The position numbers and the translations under genes were made by a program. The notes beneath the pieces were generated by a model, which ran no database searches, was not told the origin of the DNA, and saw only the letters and a list, made by a program, of their open reading frames with translations. This document shows, piece by piece, positions 12,322 through 24,310 of a stretch of 64,000 bases of DNA; position 1 is the stretch's first letter; each line of letters begins with the position of its first letter. This DNA comes from Octopus sinensis (Eukaryota): assembly GCF_006345805.1 (NCBI RefSeq), contig NC_043019.1:14879360-14943359 (forward strand). The letters run 5' to 3'.

Positions 12322-14459
12322 TCTAGGTAAAAGAGTAAAGGACTGTCCCCTGTTCCCGGATTCATGGTGTTAGTTACCCATTTTCCGAATGAGCGACATT
12401 GCAACATGTCCCTGGACGGGACGCTAGTCCGTTGTATAGTTACTCATTTACAGGTGAGTGGCCTGGAGCGACGTGAAATGAGGTGTTTGGCCCAAGAATA
12501 CAACGCGCCGCTCGGTCCTCGATTTGATCCATCGTCTAGTGATCATGAAGGCAAGACCACACTCCCGAACTGCAAGACCACGCTCCTTCATATTGATCTG
12601 TGATAGACTACACATAGAACAAAGACGCAACAGAAATCGAAGAATCCAGATATAGAAAGAGAGGACAAATAACTCAGAGAAAATAGAGATAGAGCATTGA
12701 TAGAACACATAGAACGAGAGCATGGTAGACGTAGACAGGCATAAAAGATATATAGTTATAAGTTATATATATAGGTGCAGGAGTGGCTGTGTGGTAAGTA
12801 GCTTGCTTACCAACCACATGGTTCCGGGTTCAGTCCCACTGCGTGGCACCTAGTCAAATGACTGAAACAAGTAAAAGAGTAAAAAGAAAGAATATACATA
12901 TATCCATCCATACATGCACACAAACATACAAAGCTATATGGAGACATTCATTTATATACACACACACACACATACATACATACATACATACATACATACA
13001 TACATACATACATACATACATACATACATACATACATACATAAGCTTGCATAGATACGTCCTTACCCACATACACAGGCGTATATCGACATACATATATT
13101 CATACATGCAAACATTTATGGTAGCGTTGGATATAGTGAACGACATGTTTTCAAAGACAATTACATTTATGCGTTTTAATGTTAAACTTACACACACATA
13201 TATACACACACACACACATTCATATAATATATATATAATGTAATCAGACATATTAATATATTTACATTTTAGTCTATACAAAAATTATTTTCTCTCTCTC
13301 TCTCTCTCTCTCTCTCCCTCTCTCTCTCTCTCTCACTATTTCTCTCACATTCACTCTCAATCTTACTCAGACAGTTTCCTCTCTCTCTCTCTCTCTCTTT
13401 CACTCCCTCTCTCACTCTTCTCTTTTGTCAGTTTTCTTCATAATTACCCAGCCAAATAATTCTATGGAATTTTCTCTATAGAATAGTCGAGAACAATAAA
13501 TTATACATAATGGAGTCTTTTTGGAGGTTTTGTTGTTTTCATTTTGCCTTTTTAAAGCAATGAATTAAAAAACAAAAATGCGCGTTTAGAGGGATCCGGT
13601 TTTAGTATGTACATACTTCTATACATATGTACGCATGTGCGTATAAACATCAGCCCTACCAACCCAAAACCTGTGTATCACTGGTATCTCTGTCTTTCCT
13701 GTTCCACACAAATAGTCTGGCAAAGATAAAATAACCCCAAAATATTACATCAGGATTAGACAAATATGCGCTCTCGTTTTATGACAAGACAACAATCCTC
13801 AATGCGTTTGCAGTACCAGTGCGGTTTCCAGCATTTAGGATACTTGGCTTCTCTGTAGAGGTAGTTCACTTCATAGTCTTTAAAACCTGTAAGAACCTGA
13901 CATCGACTGGAAACTTCTACAGAAATATTGGCCAAGCTTTACTTAAGAGATGAAGGAGATAGAGGCTTGCGATCAAGACAGGCAGATGTCGTATTGTATT
14001 ACTCGGATAGCATTTGTTAAACAAGAATAGCAAAAATGCATGCATAAACTTAGAGATGAAAAGCGAAGAGAACAATATCGTTCCGAGTTGTAGGAGTCAG
14101 CTCCTTAGGAAGTACTCTCTTCCTGATGACATCACATAAATGTTTTCTTCTCGAGACATGCCAGGCTCATAAGGCCCGGTTTCCCGGTTTCGATGGCGTA
14201 GAAATTCCACACCTTGATGGGACGCCGATCTGTCGCAGGATTACTCAGATTAGCCTGAAACTGTTGGCCTGGCACCAAAATGTAAAACCGATTTTGGTGT
14301 CATTTCTTTCTCTTTTTCTTTTCTTTCTTTTTTGCTATGCTGAGCGTTTCCCTTTCCGGTCTTCTTTGAAGTATGTTAGTCCAACTATTTTGGGGGTTGT
14401 ATGTGATGTCATCATTGTAGAAGAGCGTGGTTCAGTGGTTAGGGTGTTTGACTCATGAT

Positions 14460-15120
14460 CGTAAGTCTCCAGCTCTGCAACATATCCAGCAGCATTAATT
14501 CTAAGACATTGTGGAATTGGTTTGACATGACTCAACAATCCTACGACCATCACAACTGCTGAAAACTCAGTGTGAATCATTCAGGGGACACCTGAAGGAT
14601 CTGCATGAAACCATCTGTCATTTCTCCTGTTGTACTTTTGGACTTGGTCGAAGTTTTCCTTATTAGGGAAGAACCAAAGTATGCTATATTTGTGAGGGGT
14701 TTTTTCCACATTGTTAAGTAACAGCTTGGTGCGGATAAAACGGTTTCCCTGTGTTTTTGCAGACATGAATTGGTCGCTCCTTAATAAATACGATTACATC
14801 CTCGTGCGCTACAGTTTTGATAGTCATCCTTGGCATCCGAAGACCTTTGGCGATAGCCCTCATTAATTTTCCGGGAGCAATCATCGATGTTTTGAAGCCG
14901 TTGGATTAAATGCGCTGTCCTTATAATGTCCGAACATATAGAACGGCTTTTTTTCTATTTGATACAGTTAAGAGTCCATCAGACGCTTGTAATTTCATCC
15001 CAACTTTATGTACTAAAAATCTTGCAAAAATCTAACAAGTTGGCAATTTCTAAATCGCCGTGTTCCACTCACGTGGCAATAAGGACATTGTATCTTTTAC
15101 TTTCTTCTATTAGCATTTTA
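14460..15120 (-). mobile_element. Degenerate Tc1/mariner-superfamily transposase, maT/DD37D type
   Basis: Fragments EHGDLEIA, MRAIAK, FMSAKTQ, LWFF..KENFDQ.QK.NRRNDRW, MVVGLLS, LRINAAGY, matching maT-type FFSDEKNFDQDQKVNRRNDRW. TIRs not resolved. Confidence 0.75.
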
Positions 15121-15469
15121 TCTGCCATGAGTGATCTGACAGAAAGAAAAACCTTTTAATTGATGAGCAGAGAGTTGGGTACTGATAATTAAGTGTCCTC
15201 AAATACCTCTTGCGGTCTCTGTGTTTCTCATATTTTTGCTTAGGTACGGACTAGTGATACGAGCCAGTAATGCTTTCAGCAGTTTTCTTGAAATATTTGT
15301 TTCAATATTTACTAATAAAAACCGAGTTTAAGTACATGCAGATTTACAAAAATCGCTATATTTTGGTTATTTTCTTGTTATTTGATTCTCTCTCGTGGCG
15401 AAATGATTGTTGTGTATAAAAAATGATGCATATAAATGTGTGTCTGTGTGTGTGTTTTCTAGGCATTAC

Positions 15470-15526
15470 GATATACTAATGCATACACGCATACATGAAT
15501 ATGCATCCATCCATGCACACACATAT

Positions 15527-15597
<71 letters not shown>

Positions 15598-15981
15598 CAC
15601 ATACAGATGCATACACATATATGCGTATATATATACATGCATACATACACATCTATAAAGATGCATATATATTTACATATATGCATATATGCATATACAC
15701 CTATACATGCAAGTATATATATATAAAGATACATATATATACCTGTATATACATATATATGTATACAAGGATACACCCCACACATATGTGTGTGTACGAT
15801 GATATATATGCATGTATACAAAATGCATATATGTATATATACATATATATATATATACACATATATATACATATGTGTGTATATATATGTATATATATGT
15901 GTGTATATATATGTATATATATGTGTATATATATGTATATATATGTGTGTATATATATGTGTATATATATGTGTATATATG

Positions 15982-16024
<43 letters not shown>

Positions 16025-16055
16025 GTGTATATATATATATGTGTATATATGTATG

Positions 16056-16086
<31 letters not shown>

Positions 16087-16170
16087 GCATGTATATATAC
16101 AAATACTCGCACATGTGTACATATATATGTACATTTGTATTCACGTATGTATGTGTGTATGTATATAGCT
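15470..16170. repeat. Compound (TA)/(TG)/(CA) microsatellite; representative of many (e.g. 440-862, 46730-48570, 55260-55790, 57800-58620)
   Basis: Direct inspection. These tracts generate the YI/YT/CV-rich spurious ORFs in the track. Confidence 0.95.
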
Positions 16171-17759
16171 GGGGTGTAATTATCCAGTTTTGAAAAAAAA
16201 ACAAAAACAACAACAGATATTTGATATGAAATGCTTTGAGTTCACTCGTTTTGATAAAAGACAAAAACCGAAAACAAAAAAATAGAAAACCCGAAACAAA
16301 ACAAACGCAAAACAAAACAAAACAAAACAACAAATATACAATCAAAAGAAAAAAACAAAGCAATATTAACAACAACAACAACAACAACAAGAACAGCAGC
16401 AGCACCACCGTAAACAACAACAACAACAACAACAAAAAAATCTGCACTATTTGCGGAAACGAGATTGACATTCTACACCATTGAAACGGCCTCGATATTT
16501 GCAAATGAAACCGATATCTGTTATACCGGATCTGAGCAGCAGTCACGGAACGAGCAGAATTTTCGTAATTCGTCTTATCAATACAAGCTTAATAGCTACA
16601 GGTTTGCAAAATTTGCGTGTCAAATTTTGATAAATTTGCTCCTCGACGCCATATTGGATTTTTACCTTCTGTAGCCTCTCTTTCTTTTCTCTTTTACTTG
16701 TTTCAGTCCTTTGACTGCGGCCATGCTGGAGCACCGCCTTTAATCGAGCAACTCGACCCCGGGACTTATTCTTTTGTAAGCCCAGTACTTATTCTATCGG
16801 TCTCTTTTGCCGAACCGCTAAGTGACGGGGACGTAAACACACCAGCATCGGTTGTCAAGCAATGCTAGGGGGACAAACACAGACACACAAACACATACAT
16901 ATATATACATATATACATATATACATATATACGACAGGCTTCTTTCAGTTTCCGTCTACCAAATCCACTCACAAGGCTTTGGTCGGCCCGAGGCTATAGT
17001 AGAAGACACTTGCCCAAGGTGCCACGCAGTGGGACTGAACCTGGAACCAAGCCTTTTCATTCTTTCTTTCTTTCTTTTTTTTTATTTAAGAGAAAGTATG
17101 GATATCTTCATTCTTTCATCGCAACGATTCATTCAGGTGTTTGACGAAGTCTGATATCCAACATGGACTTAGACAAATGCCTGTTACGAGCCCTAGGGCT
17201 TTCAAATGTCTGACCTGAACCCGGTTTCCGTGGCATGTAAAGTGACTGAAGTTACAAAACTATCTCCTGAACAGGACGCTGGTCCATCGCAGGATTAATT
17301 CCCAGTTATTGTTGGCACTCATTTTACAGACGAGTGACTGGAGCGACGTGAAATGAATTGCTTTGTTCAAGGCCACACTGCACCATCCAGTGCAGAAATT
17401 AAAACCACGTTCTTACGATCATTGAGTGCAAAATCCTAATTACTAAGCGACACGCATTCATAACTTTCTTTCGAACGTATGAAATATTTTGTTGGCAGAA
17501 CAAAAGTTTGAGGTCGACTTTGCCTTTCATCCTTTCAGGGTCGATAAATAAAGTAGCAGTTACGCACTGGGGTCGATGTAATCGACTTAATACCTTTGTC
17601 TGTCCTTGTTTGTCCCCTCTATGTTTAGCCCCTTGTGGGCAATAAAGAAATAAGAACTAAAGTTTGAAAGCATTTCATATCCAAGACAGACGCCAGTCCG
17701 AGACGCTCCATCACAGAGGCTCACGTGAGGAGGAAAGGGATCGACTGTCTTCTTGCCAT

Positions 17760-18700
17760 GTGCCTTAGTCAGGCCACGGGGGATTTCCTTGATCTAATTA
17801 AGTAAGAATTGGAGACTGTTGTGGAAGATACTTTGGGCGAAATCTCTTTTATTTCAAAATGGATGCTAAAGCGAAGTCCAAATTTCCATGACACAACTGC
17901 TCATAATCTGGTCTTACATTGTATAGGAAGAAGGAACACAAGAATTACTCTCTCATGGACATTGTTGGTGACGTCAATCCCTAGCTAGTAGTCAGTCTCA
18001 TTAAATAATATGCCTTAGTGGTCAGCACGGACGTAATTTTCGGCGTCATGCGTAGGGCGGGGGTCACCTTTGACATAAAAGTCCTCATAATCTCGCCAAA
18101 TCTTCCCAAATACCAAGGTTGTAGAGGGTATGAGAGGAAGGCTTTAAAACTCAGTTATGAAAAAAGGACCTATTGCTACATTTGTGGCAGTAAAACCTCG
18201 TTTAAGAGCTTTCTGACCAAAAGGACAAATACGACCGCAAAAACAGATTCTGGAAGTTGTTGATTTTAAGGTAGCATCGAGTACAACTTTGGAGCCATCA
18301 AAAATATCGCCCCGTCCTCACTGCAAGGAGGAGCTGAGATTGGAGAATTCCGTCTCTCAGCTCAGCCTCAATCTATGGAAGCAACTAAAATCATCCACTA
18401 TAACAGTAACAACAGCGAGAACTAAATCCCCAGGAAGATTCTTCTTCCAGCAGCATAAACCACATTTACTAATGAGGATGGAGAACAAACGGAGGATGCT
18501 GGAGATGATACACGTGTTAAAAAGAAAATCAACAAAAAAGGCCCCAAATAAAGCAATCGAAAAACGCAATAAAAAATGCGAAGAGGGTTACATCTATCGA
18601 GAAAAGGATACCTTCTCCAGCAAGGAGATGATTTCGTATGAGGAAGAACTCATTTCACGTGAATAGGAACCCTTCTCTTGTTTCCGTCTTGGAGAAACAG
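17760..18700 (+). mobile_element. Possible L1/Tx1 ORF1 remnant
   Basis: KLSYEKRTYCYICGSKT resembles a decayed CCHC knuckle, followed by a basic low-complexity region. Highly degenerate. Confidence 0.35.
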
Positions 18701-19676
18701 GCTCCTATCTGGTTCGGAGCAGTATGTTTCTCATGGAAGTGAGACCATCTTAGGTGAAGAGAAATCCTTCGCTTGCCCACAGGAAACGGTTTGATAGGCA
18801 TTCTAAAGGCTACAGAAAATCTGAAAGAACGCATATGAAGTTCAGGAGAACGATTCAGATGAGGTCGACTTTGCTTTTCATTCTTTCGGGGTCGATGTAC
18901 TCGACTTACTCCCTTCCTTGAAATTACTGCCACGTGAAGCCAATATTAGATCCTTCAATTTTATGTCGGTGTAGTCGATGGTTGCCTCTTCCCTGTGTTG
19001 AGCTGAGGTGTTGGAGACTTTATCAAGCCTATTTATTTGCACATATCCCAGCGGGGAAGTGAAAACACTGGAATTCCTTAATATTTCACTTACCATTTTC
19101 GGGCCTGTATTCAGCAATTTTCTTCAAACAGTTAATTCCTATAGAAAAGTTTATTATATAAATAACTAAATAGGTAATTAAATTAACTTTCTATTAAGCA
19201 TTTTGTAGAATTATTATCTCTAGTTTTTATTCTTTAGTTATCTATGAAGCATAACATAGAATTCTTGCCTGCAGTCTTTGTTCTTTAAATATCCAGTGAC
19301 GTCATCAATTTTGGTAGATAAATTTACTCGTTTTCTACGTTAGGTCTTTTATTTTTTAATTTCCTTTTAATTTAATATCTAAAATATTTTTTATATAGAT
19401 TTCAAATTGTCAAACAATATGGAATTGCTATGGTATTTTATATTTTATTTTTATAAACTAAATTAGTTATTCAATGACGTCACTCTTGGTTGAATGAATG
19501 AATGTCTAAAGTTAAAATTTGTCTGGAGTTTCTTGTTAGCGTTTTTTTAACACCTAAAATTTTTTTCAGGTGTTCAGTTAGAATTTCACCAATTTGGATT
19601 GCCTTGATAATGTTGTCTTGACATAAATTTTCGTATTATTAATTTTAATAATAATAATAATAATAATATATATATA

Positions 19677-20969
19677 CGAGGGGCGTTCAATAAGTAATGC
19701 CTCTGACCCACTTGTAGTTGTTTGATCTAGCTGAAATTTTGCATGTGTAATTATCTATATCTCTATAGATTAAGTGGTAAATTACAGCTCTAAACTAATT
19801 GTGGTTTCTGATTTACAGGTGTTTGAACTGAGTCAAGTGTGAAATGGAGCATGTTGAGTGTCGGGCAGTGATCCGCTTTTTATATTTGAAAGGACGCACA
19901 CCACGGGAGACTTTTGATGAAATGAAAGTAACTTATGGTGATGATGCCCCATCATATGACCTTGTAAAACGCTGGCATTGTGAATTCAAACATGGTCGGA
20001 ACTCTGTGGAAACAGCTCCCAGATCTGGTCGCCCCCTACTGCTATTGATGAGGCATCTGTCCATCAAGTTGAGGCTGCCATTTTGGAAGATCGACGCATA
20101 ACTATTCGCCAAATAGCCCATGAGGTCAAGATTAGTACCGGGTCTGTGGAAACCAATCATTCATGACCATTTGCATATGCAAAAGGTGTCTGCCAGATGG
20201 ATTCCCAGGTTGCTCACACCTTTCCAGAAGCAAGAACGCATCGATTACGCGAGGATGAATTTGGAGATGTGCCAAGAAGATGAGTCAACATTTTTCAAAA
20301 GACTGATTACACAGGATGAAACCTGGGTCCATCACTATGATCCAGAGACAAAAGCCCAGTCAATGCAGTGGAAGCACCGTGACTCACCTCCTCCAAAGAA
20401 GGCAAGAGCGCAGCCCTCCACTAGCAAAGGTCATGCTCATAGTCTTCTGGGACCAGGACGGAGTAGTGATGACAGATTTCATGGCAAAGGGTACCACAAT
20501 CACAGGAGCATATTATGCTTCACTTTTGAGGAAATTAAGAGAAGCTATGAAAATCAAGAAGCGGAGCAAGATCAGCAAAGGCATCCTCCTCCTGCAGGAC
20601 AGCGCTCCGGTCCACAACTCGCGTGTCGCCAGATCAGAAGCACAGGCGTGCGGCTATGAACTCCTCTCCCATGCCCCTACTCTCTTGACCTTGCACCCTC
20701 GGATTTTCACCTCTTCCCAGCCATGAAGTTGTTTTTGAAAGGAAAGCGTTTCCCAGATGATGCAGCCTTGATTTCTGAAGTCCCGTCGTGGTTGGAGGAC
20801 CAAGCTGGGGTCTTCTACAAAAACGGTCTCCAGAGCTGCATCAAACGATGGGAGAAATGCGTAACTCTGGGTATTTTCTATGTAGAAAAAGACTAATAAC
20901 TGTGCCAAGTTTCGTTGCTCTACTGCTATGGGAAGTGGGTCAGGGGCATTACTTATTGAACGCCCCTCG
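19677..20969 (+). mobile_element. Full-length mariner (DD34D) DNA transposon, defective
   Basis: Same TIRs as the 5470 copy, inserted in a TA run, 1293 bp. Transposase from ATG 19844 (MEHVECRAVIRFLYLKG, HTH; TQDETWVHHYDPETK; VFWD; QDSAPVH; YSLDLAPSDFHLFP), frameshifted. Confidence 0.95.
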
Positions 20970-21245
20970 TATATATATATATATGATTACACAACTACTA
21001 TTCGTTTCTCTGTCTGTCTCTCTCTCTCTCTCTCTCACGTGCATTTTAATACATACATACATACATACATACACACACATATATATATATATATAAGCGA
21101 CGAAGCATTATCCTTTGAGTATGTTTTAGCAGATGTCTGTGCAACTGTAGACATGATGGTTCCAATCAATTCTGCAAGGTAGGGAACTATTCTTTCGTGC
21201 ATGATTAAGGCAGGGAACTATTTTCTTTCTCGTTCGTAGCTGATG

Positions 21246-21295
21246 AGTGCTGATGAAGGAGTAAAAACTCCTGAAACATGGCATATACGTCCATT
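21246..21295 (+). ncRNA. Type I hammerhead ribozyme motif
   Basis: AGUG-CUGAUGA(21250-56)-AGGAG/uaaaaa/CUCCU-GAAA(21273-76)-C...GUC(21289-91)-CAUU. One mismatch in stem III. Confidence 0.65.
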
Positions 21296-21964
21296 AACCA
21301 TTTTTCATCTTTGATCTCATTGTTGCTTACAACAAACGTCTCGGATACGAAACGTCGTAACAAAATCAGAGCTGGTTACAACTTCTATAGAAATCCGTAG
21401 AGATGACTTTAACAAGTATTTCTTCGTGATCCATAACGGTATATTTTGATTTGTAGGTATAGAGGTAGCTACGGCGGAGGGCAAGGGGGCACGTGCCCCA
21501 GGCGCCGATTGAAGTGGGGCGCAGAATTGACCCTAATACGATAAGCTTGAACTCCATGTATAAAAGTAAACATTCGAAAGATGTATCCCGTATACTGATG
21601 GTCAAAACCTTCTTAGCCGCACTAATTTGCGAGCAGGGACTGCAAATTCCCTTGGTTACCAGACTAGTCCACAAGTACTTTGCGCAGACTAGTATCTTGC
21701 AAGTTTTGTCTTTTATTCTCTTACTCGATTCAGTCATTTGACTGCGGCCATGCTGGAGCAACACCTTGAAGGTTTTTAGTCGAACAAATCGACCTCGGGA
21801 CTTATTTTTTAAAGCCTAGTGCTTAATTCTATAGGATTTTTTTTTTGCAAAACCGCTAAGTTACGGGGTCATAAACACACCATCACCGGTTGTCAAGCGG
21901 TGATGGGGGGAACAAACAGAAACACAAAGACACACACATACATACTCACACATACACATAAATG

Positions 21965-22000
<36 letters not shown>

Positions 22001-23358
22001 CACACACATATATATATACACAAGACGGGCTTCTTTCAGCTTCTATCTACGAATCCACTCAGAAGGCTTTGGTTGACCCAAGGCTATAGTAGAAGACACT
22101 TGCCCAAGGTGCCATGGAGTGGGACTGGATCCGGAACCAATTGGTCGGGAAGCAAGCTTCTTACCACGGCCACGTGTGGACATGAGTATATTGAATAAAC
22201 TTGTGTCATTTATACTCACAATAAGTAACACCGAACGTCAGGGTAAGCCTACGGCCACTCGTTATCCCAGAAGTTCCCTTTTGTTTGTTTATTTAGGCAG
22301 GTCCACCATCCATTGCTGGATTGCCGACACCTGTCGCTGCTTTCTCTTATTACTTATATTACTCTACTACCCGAGGGGAGTTGAGAGAGCAACGTTTTGC
22401 TCATGAACACAGCTCATCGCTCGGTTCAGGAATTGAAACCATGATCTCACGATAGCGAGACCAATGCCATCAACCACTAGGTCCCGTGACCCCTCTCAAG
22501 GACGGGTATTTCATTTAATTGTTTAAATAAATTTAATATCGATTTGTTTTAAGGCAACAAGCTGGCACAGTCGTTAGTACACCGGGCAGAATGCTTAGCG
22601 GTATTTCGTCTGCCGCTACGTTCTGAGTTCAAATTCCGCCGAGGTCGACTTTGCCTTTCATCCTTTCGGGGTCGATTAAATAAGTACCAGTTACGCACCG
22701 GGGTCGATATAATTGACTTAATCCGTTTGTCTGTCCTTGTTTGTCCTCTCTGTGTTCAACCCCTTGTGGGTAATAAAGAAGTAGGCATTTCGACTGCCGC
22801 TACGTTCTGAGTTCAAATTCCACCTCGGCATCCGAAACTCAGAGTTTTATCTTGGCTATTGAATAATTGTCACATATTATTTTACAGATAAATTTCTTCT
22901 ATTTACATAATATTGAGGTCTCTTTCTTTCTTTTGTTATCTTACCGTTTTTACCAATATATATATATGCGCGCGCAGGAGTGGCTGTGTGGTAAGTATCT
23001 TGCTTACCAACCACATGGTTCCAGGTTCAGTCCCACTGCGTGGCACTTTGGGCAAGTGTCTTCTACTATAGCTTCGGGCTGACCAAAGCCTTGTGAGTGG
23101 ATTTGGTAGACGGAAACTGAAAGAAGCCCGTCGTATATATGTATGTATATATATGTATTTGTGTGTTTGTTCCCCCCAACATCGCTTGACAACTGATGCT
23201 AGTGTATTTGCGTCCCCGTAACTTAGCGGTTTGGCAAAAGAGACAGATAGAATAAGTACTAGGCTTACAAAGAATAAGTCCTGGGTTCGATTTGCTCGAC
23301 TAAAGGCGGTGCTCCAGCATGGCCACAGTCTAATGACTGAAACAAGTAAAACAGTAGA

Positions 23359-23410
<52 letters not shown>

Positions 23411-23564
23411 TCACACTTTATACATACACACACACACATGAATTTGCAAATATATTACTTGCGTGAAGTCACTTCTGTAGAAAATTTTAAATGAAGGAAA
23501 AGACAAGAACAAAAAACAAACAAAAAAAACAAAAACAAGTGTAGAAAAAACTAGAAGCCAACGA

Positions 23565-23592
23565 AAATAATTATTGTATGTATGAGTTTATT
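23565..23592 (-). terminator. Candidate polyadenylation site of the trunk-like gene
   Basis: AATAAA on the minus strand at 23592-23587, followed about 35-90 nt downstream by a strongly U/GU-rich tract (complement of 23495-23555). It marks the end of the SINE-free zone that starts at the stop codon. Confidence 0.5.
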
Positions 23593-24273
23593 GTGTAATT
23601 CCGATCATTGGATCTCTACTCTATATATACATATATATCTGTGTGTGTATATATATATATATATTTCGAAAAACCAACTTTACACAGACAAAGATGCAAC
23701 GCAGAACGTTAAAAACAAAACGTAACATAAGAAATAACTAGTAAGATATATCTTCGTCAAGTGTTTGCTGGGATAGGTAGGAGACTGCAGCTTATTATTA
23801 TTATTATTATTATTATTGTTTTTTTTTTATCATTTGTGAAGGAAGTGATTGTGTGTTAAGAGGGAGGTGGGTATCTTTAAAGGTTTCTTCGCCGGCATTG
23901 TCGTTTTTTATTTTTGTGTTTTTTTTTTAGAGGAAAGGAAGTCTGAATTTTTTATGTATATTTTTTTTTAATATATATGTAATTTCAATTTGACTTTTTT
24001 TTTTTGCTTTTGTCTGTACGGAAACGTTGAATCGGAAGGGGTATACGTTTACACAACGTTTGAATCGAACCCCTATCGCCCTCTTCCCTTGCAATATTAC
24101 AGGTGTACATATATATATATATATAATTTTATATGCTCTCCTTAACCAATGTGTATTGGATGAGAAGTGCACAGTTGACTCGGAAAGGATGTAGTTTCAC
24201 TTCCAAACCCAGAAATTACGAAATTTAAAGAAAAAGAAAATTCAACTTTTCCGTTTCGTCGCAAAAGCACTAA

Positions 24274-24310
<37 letters not shown>

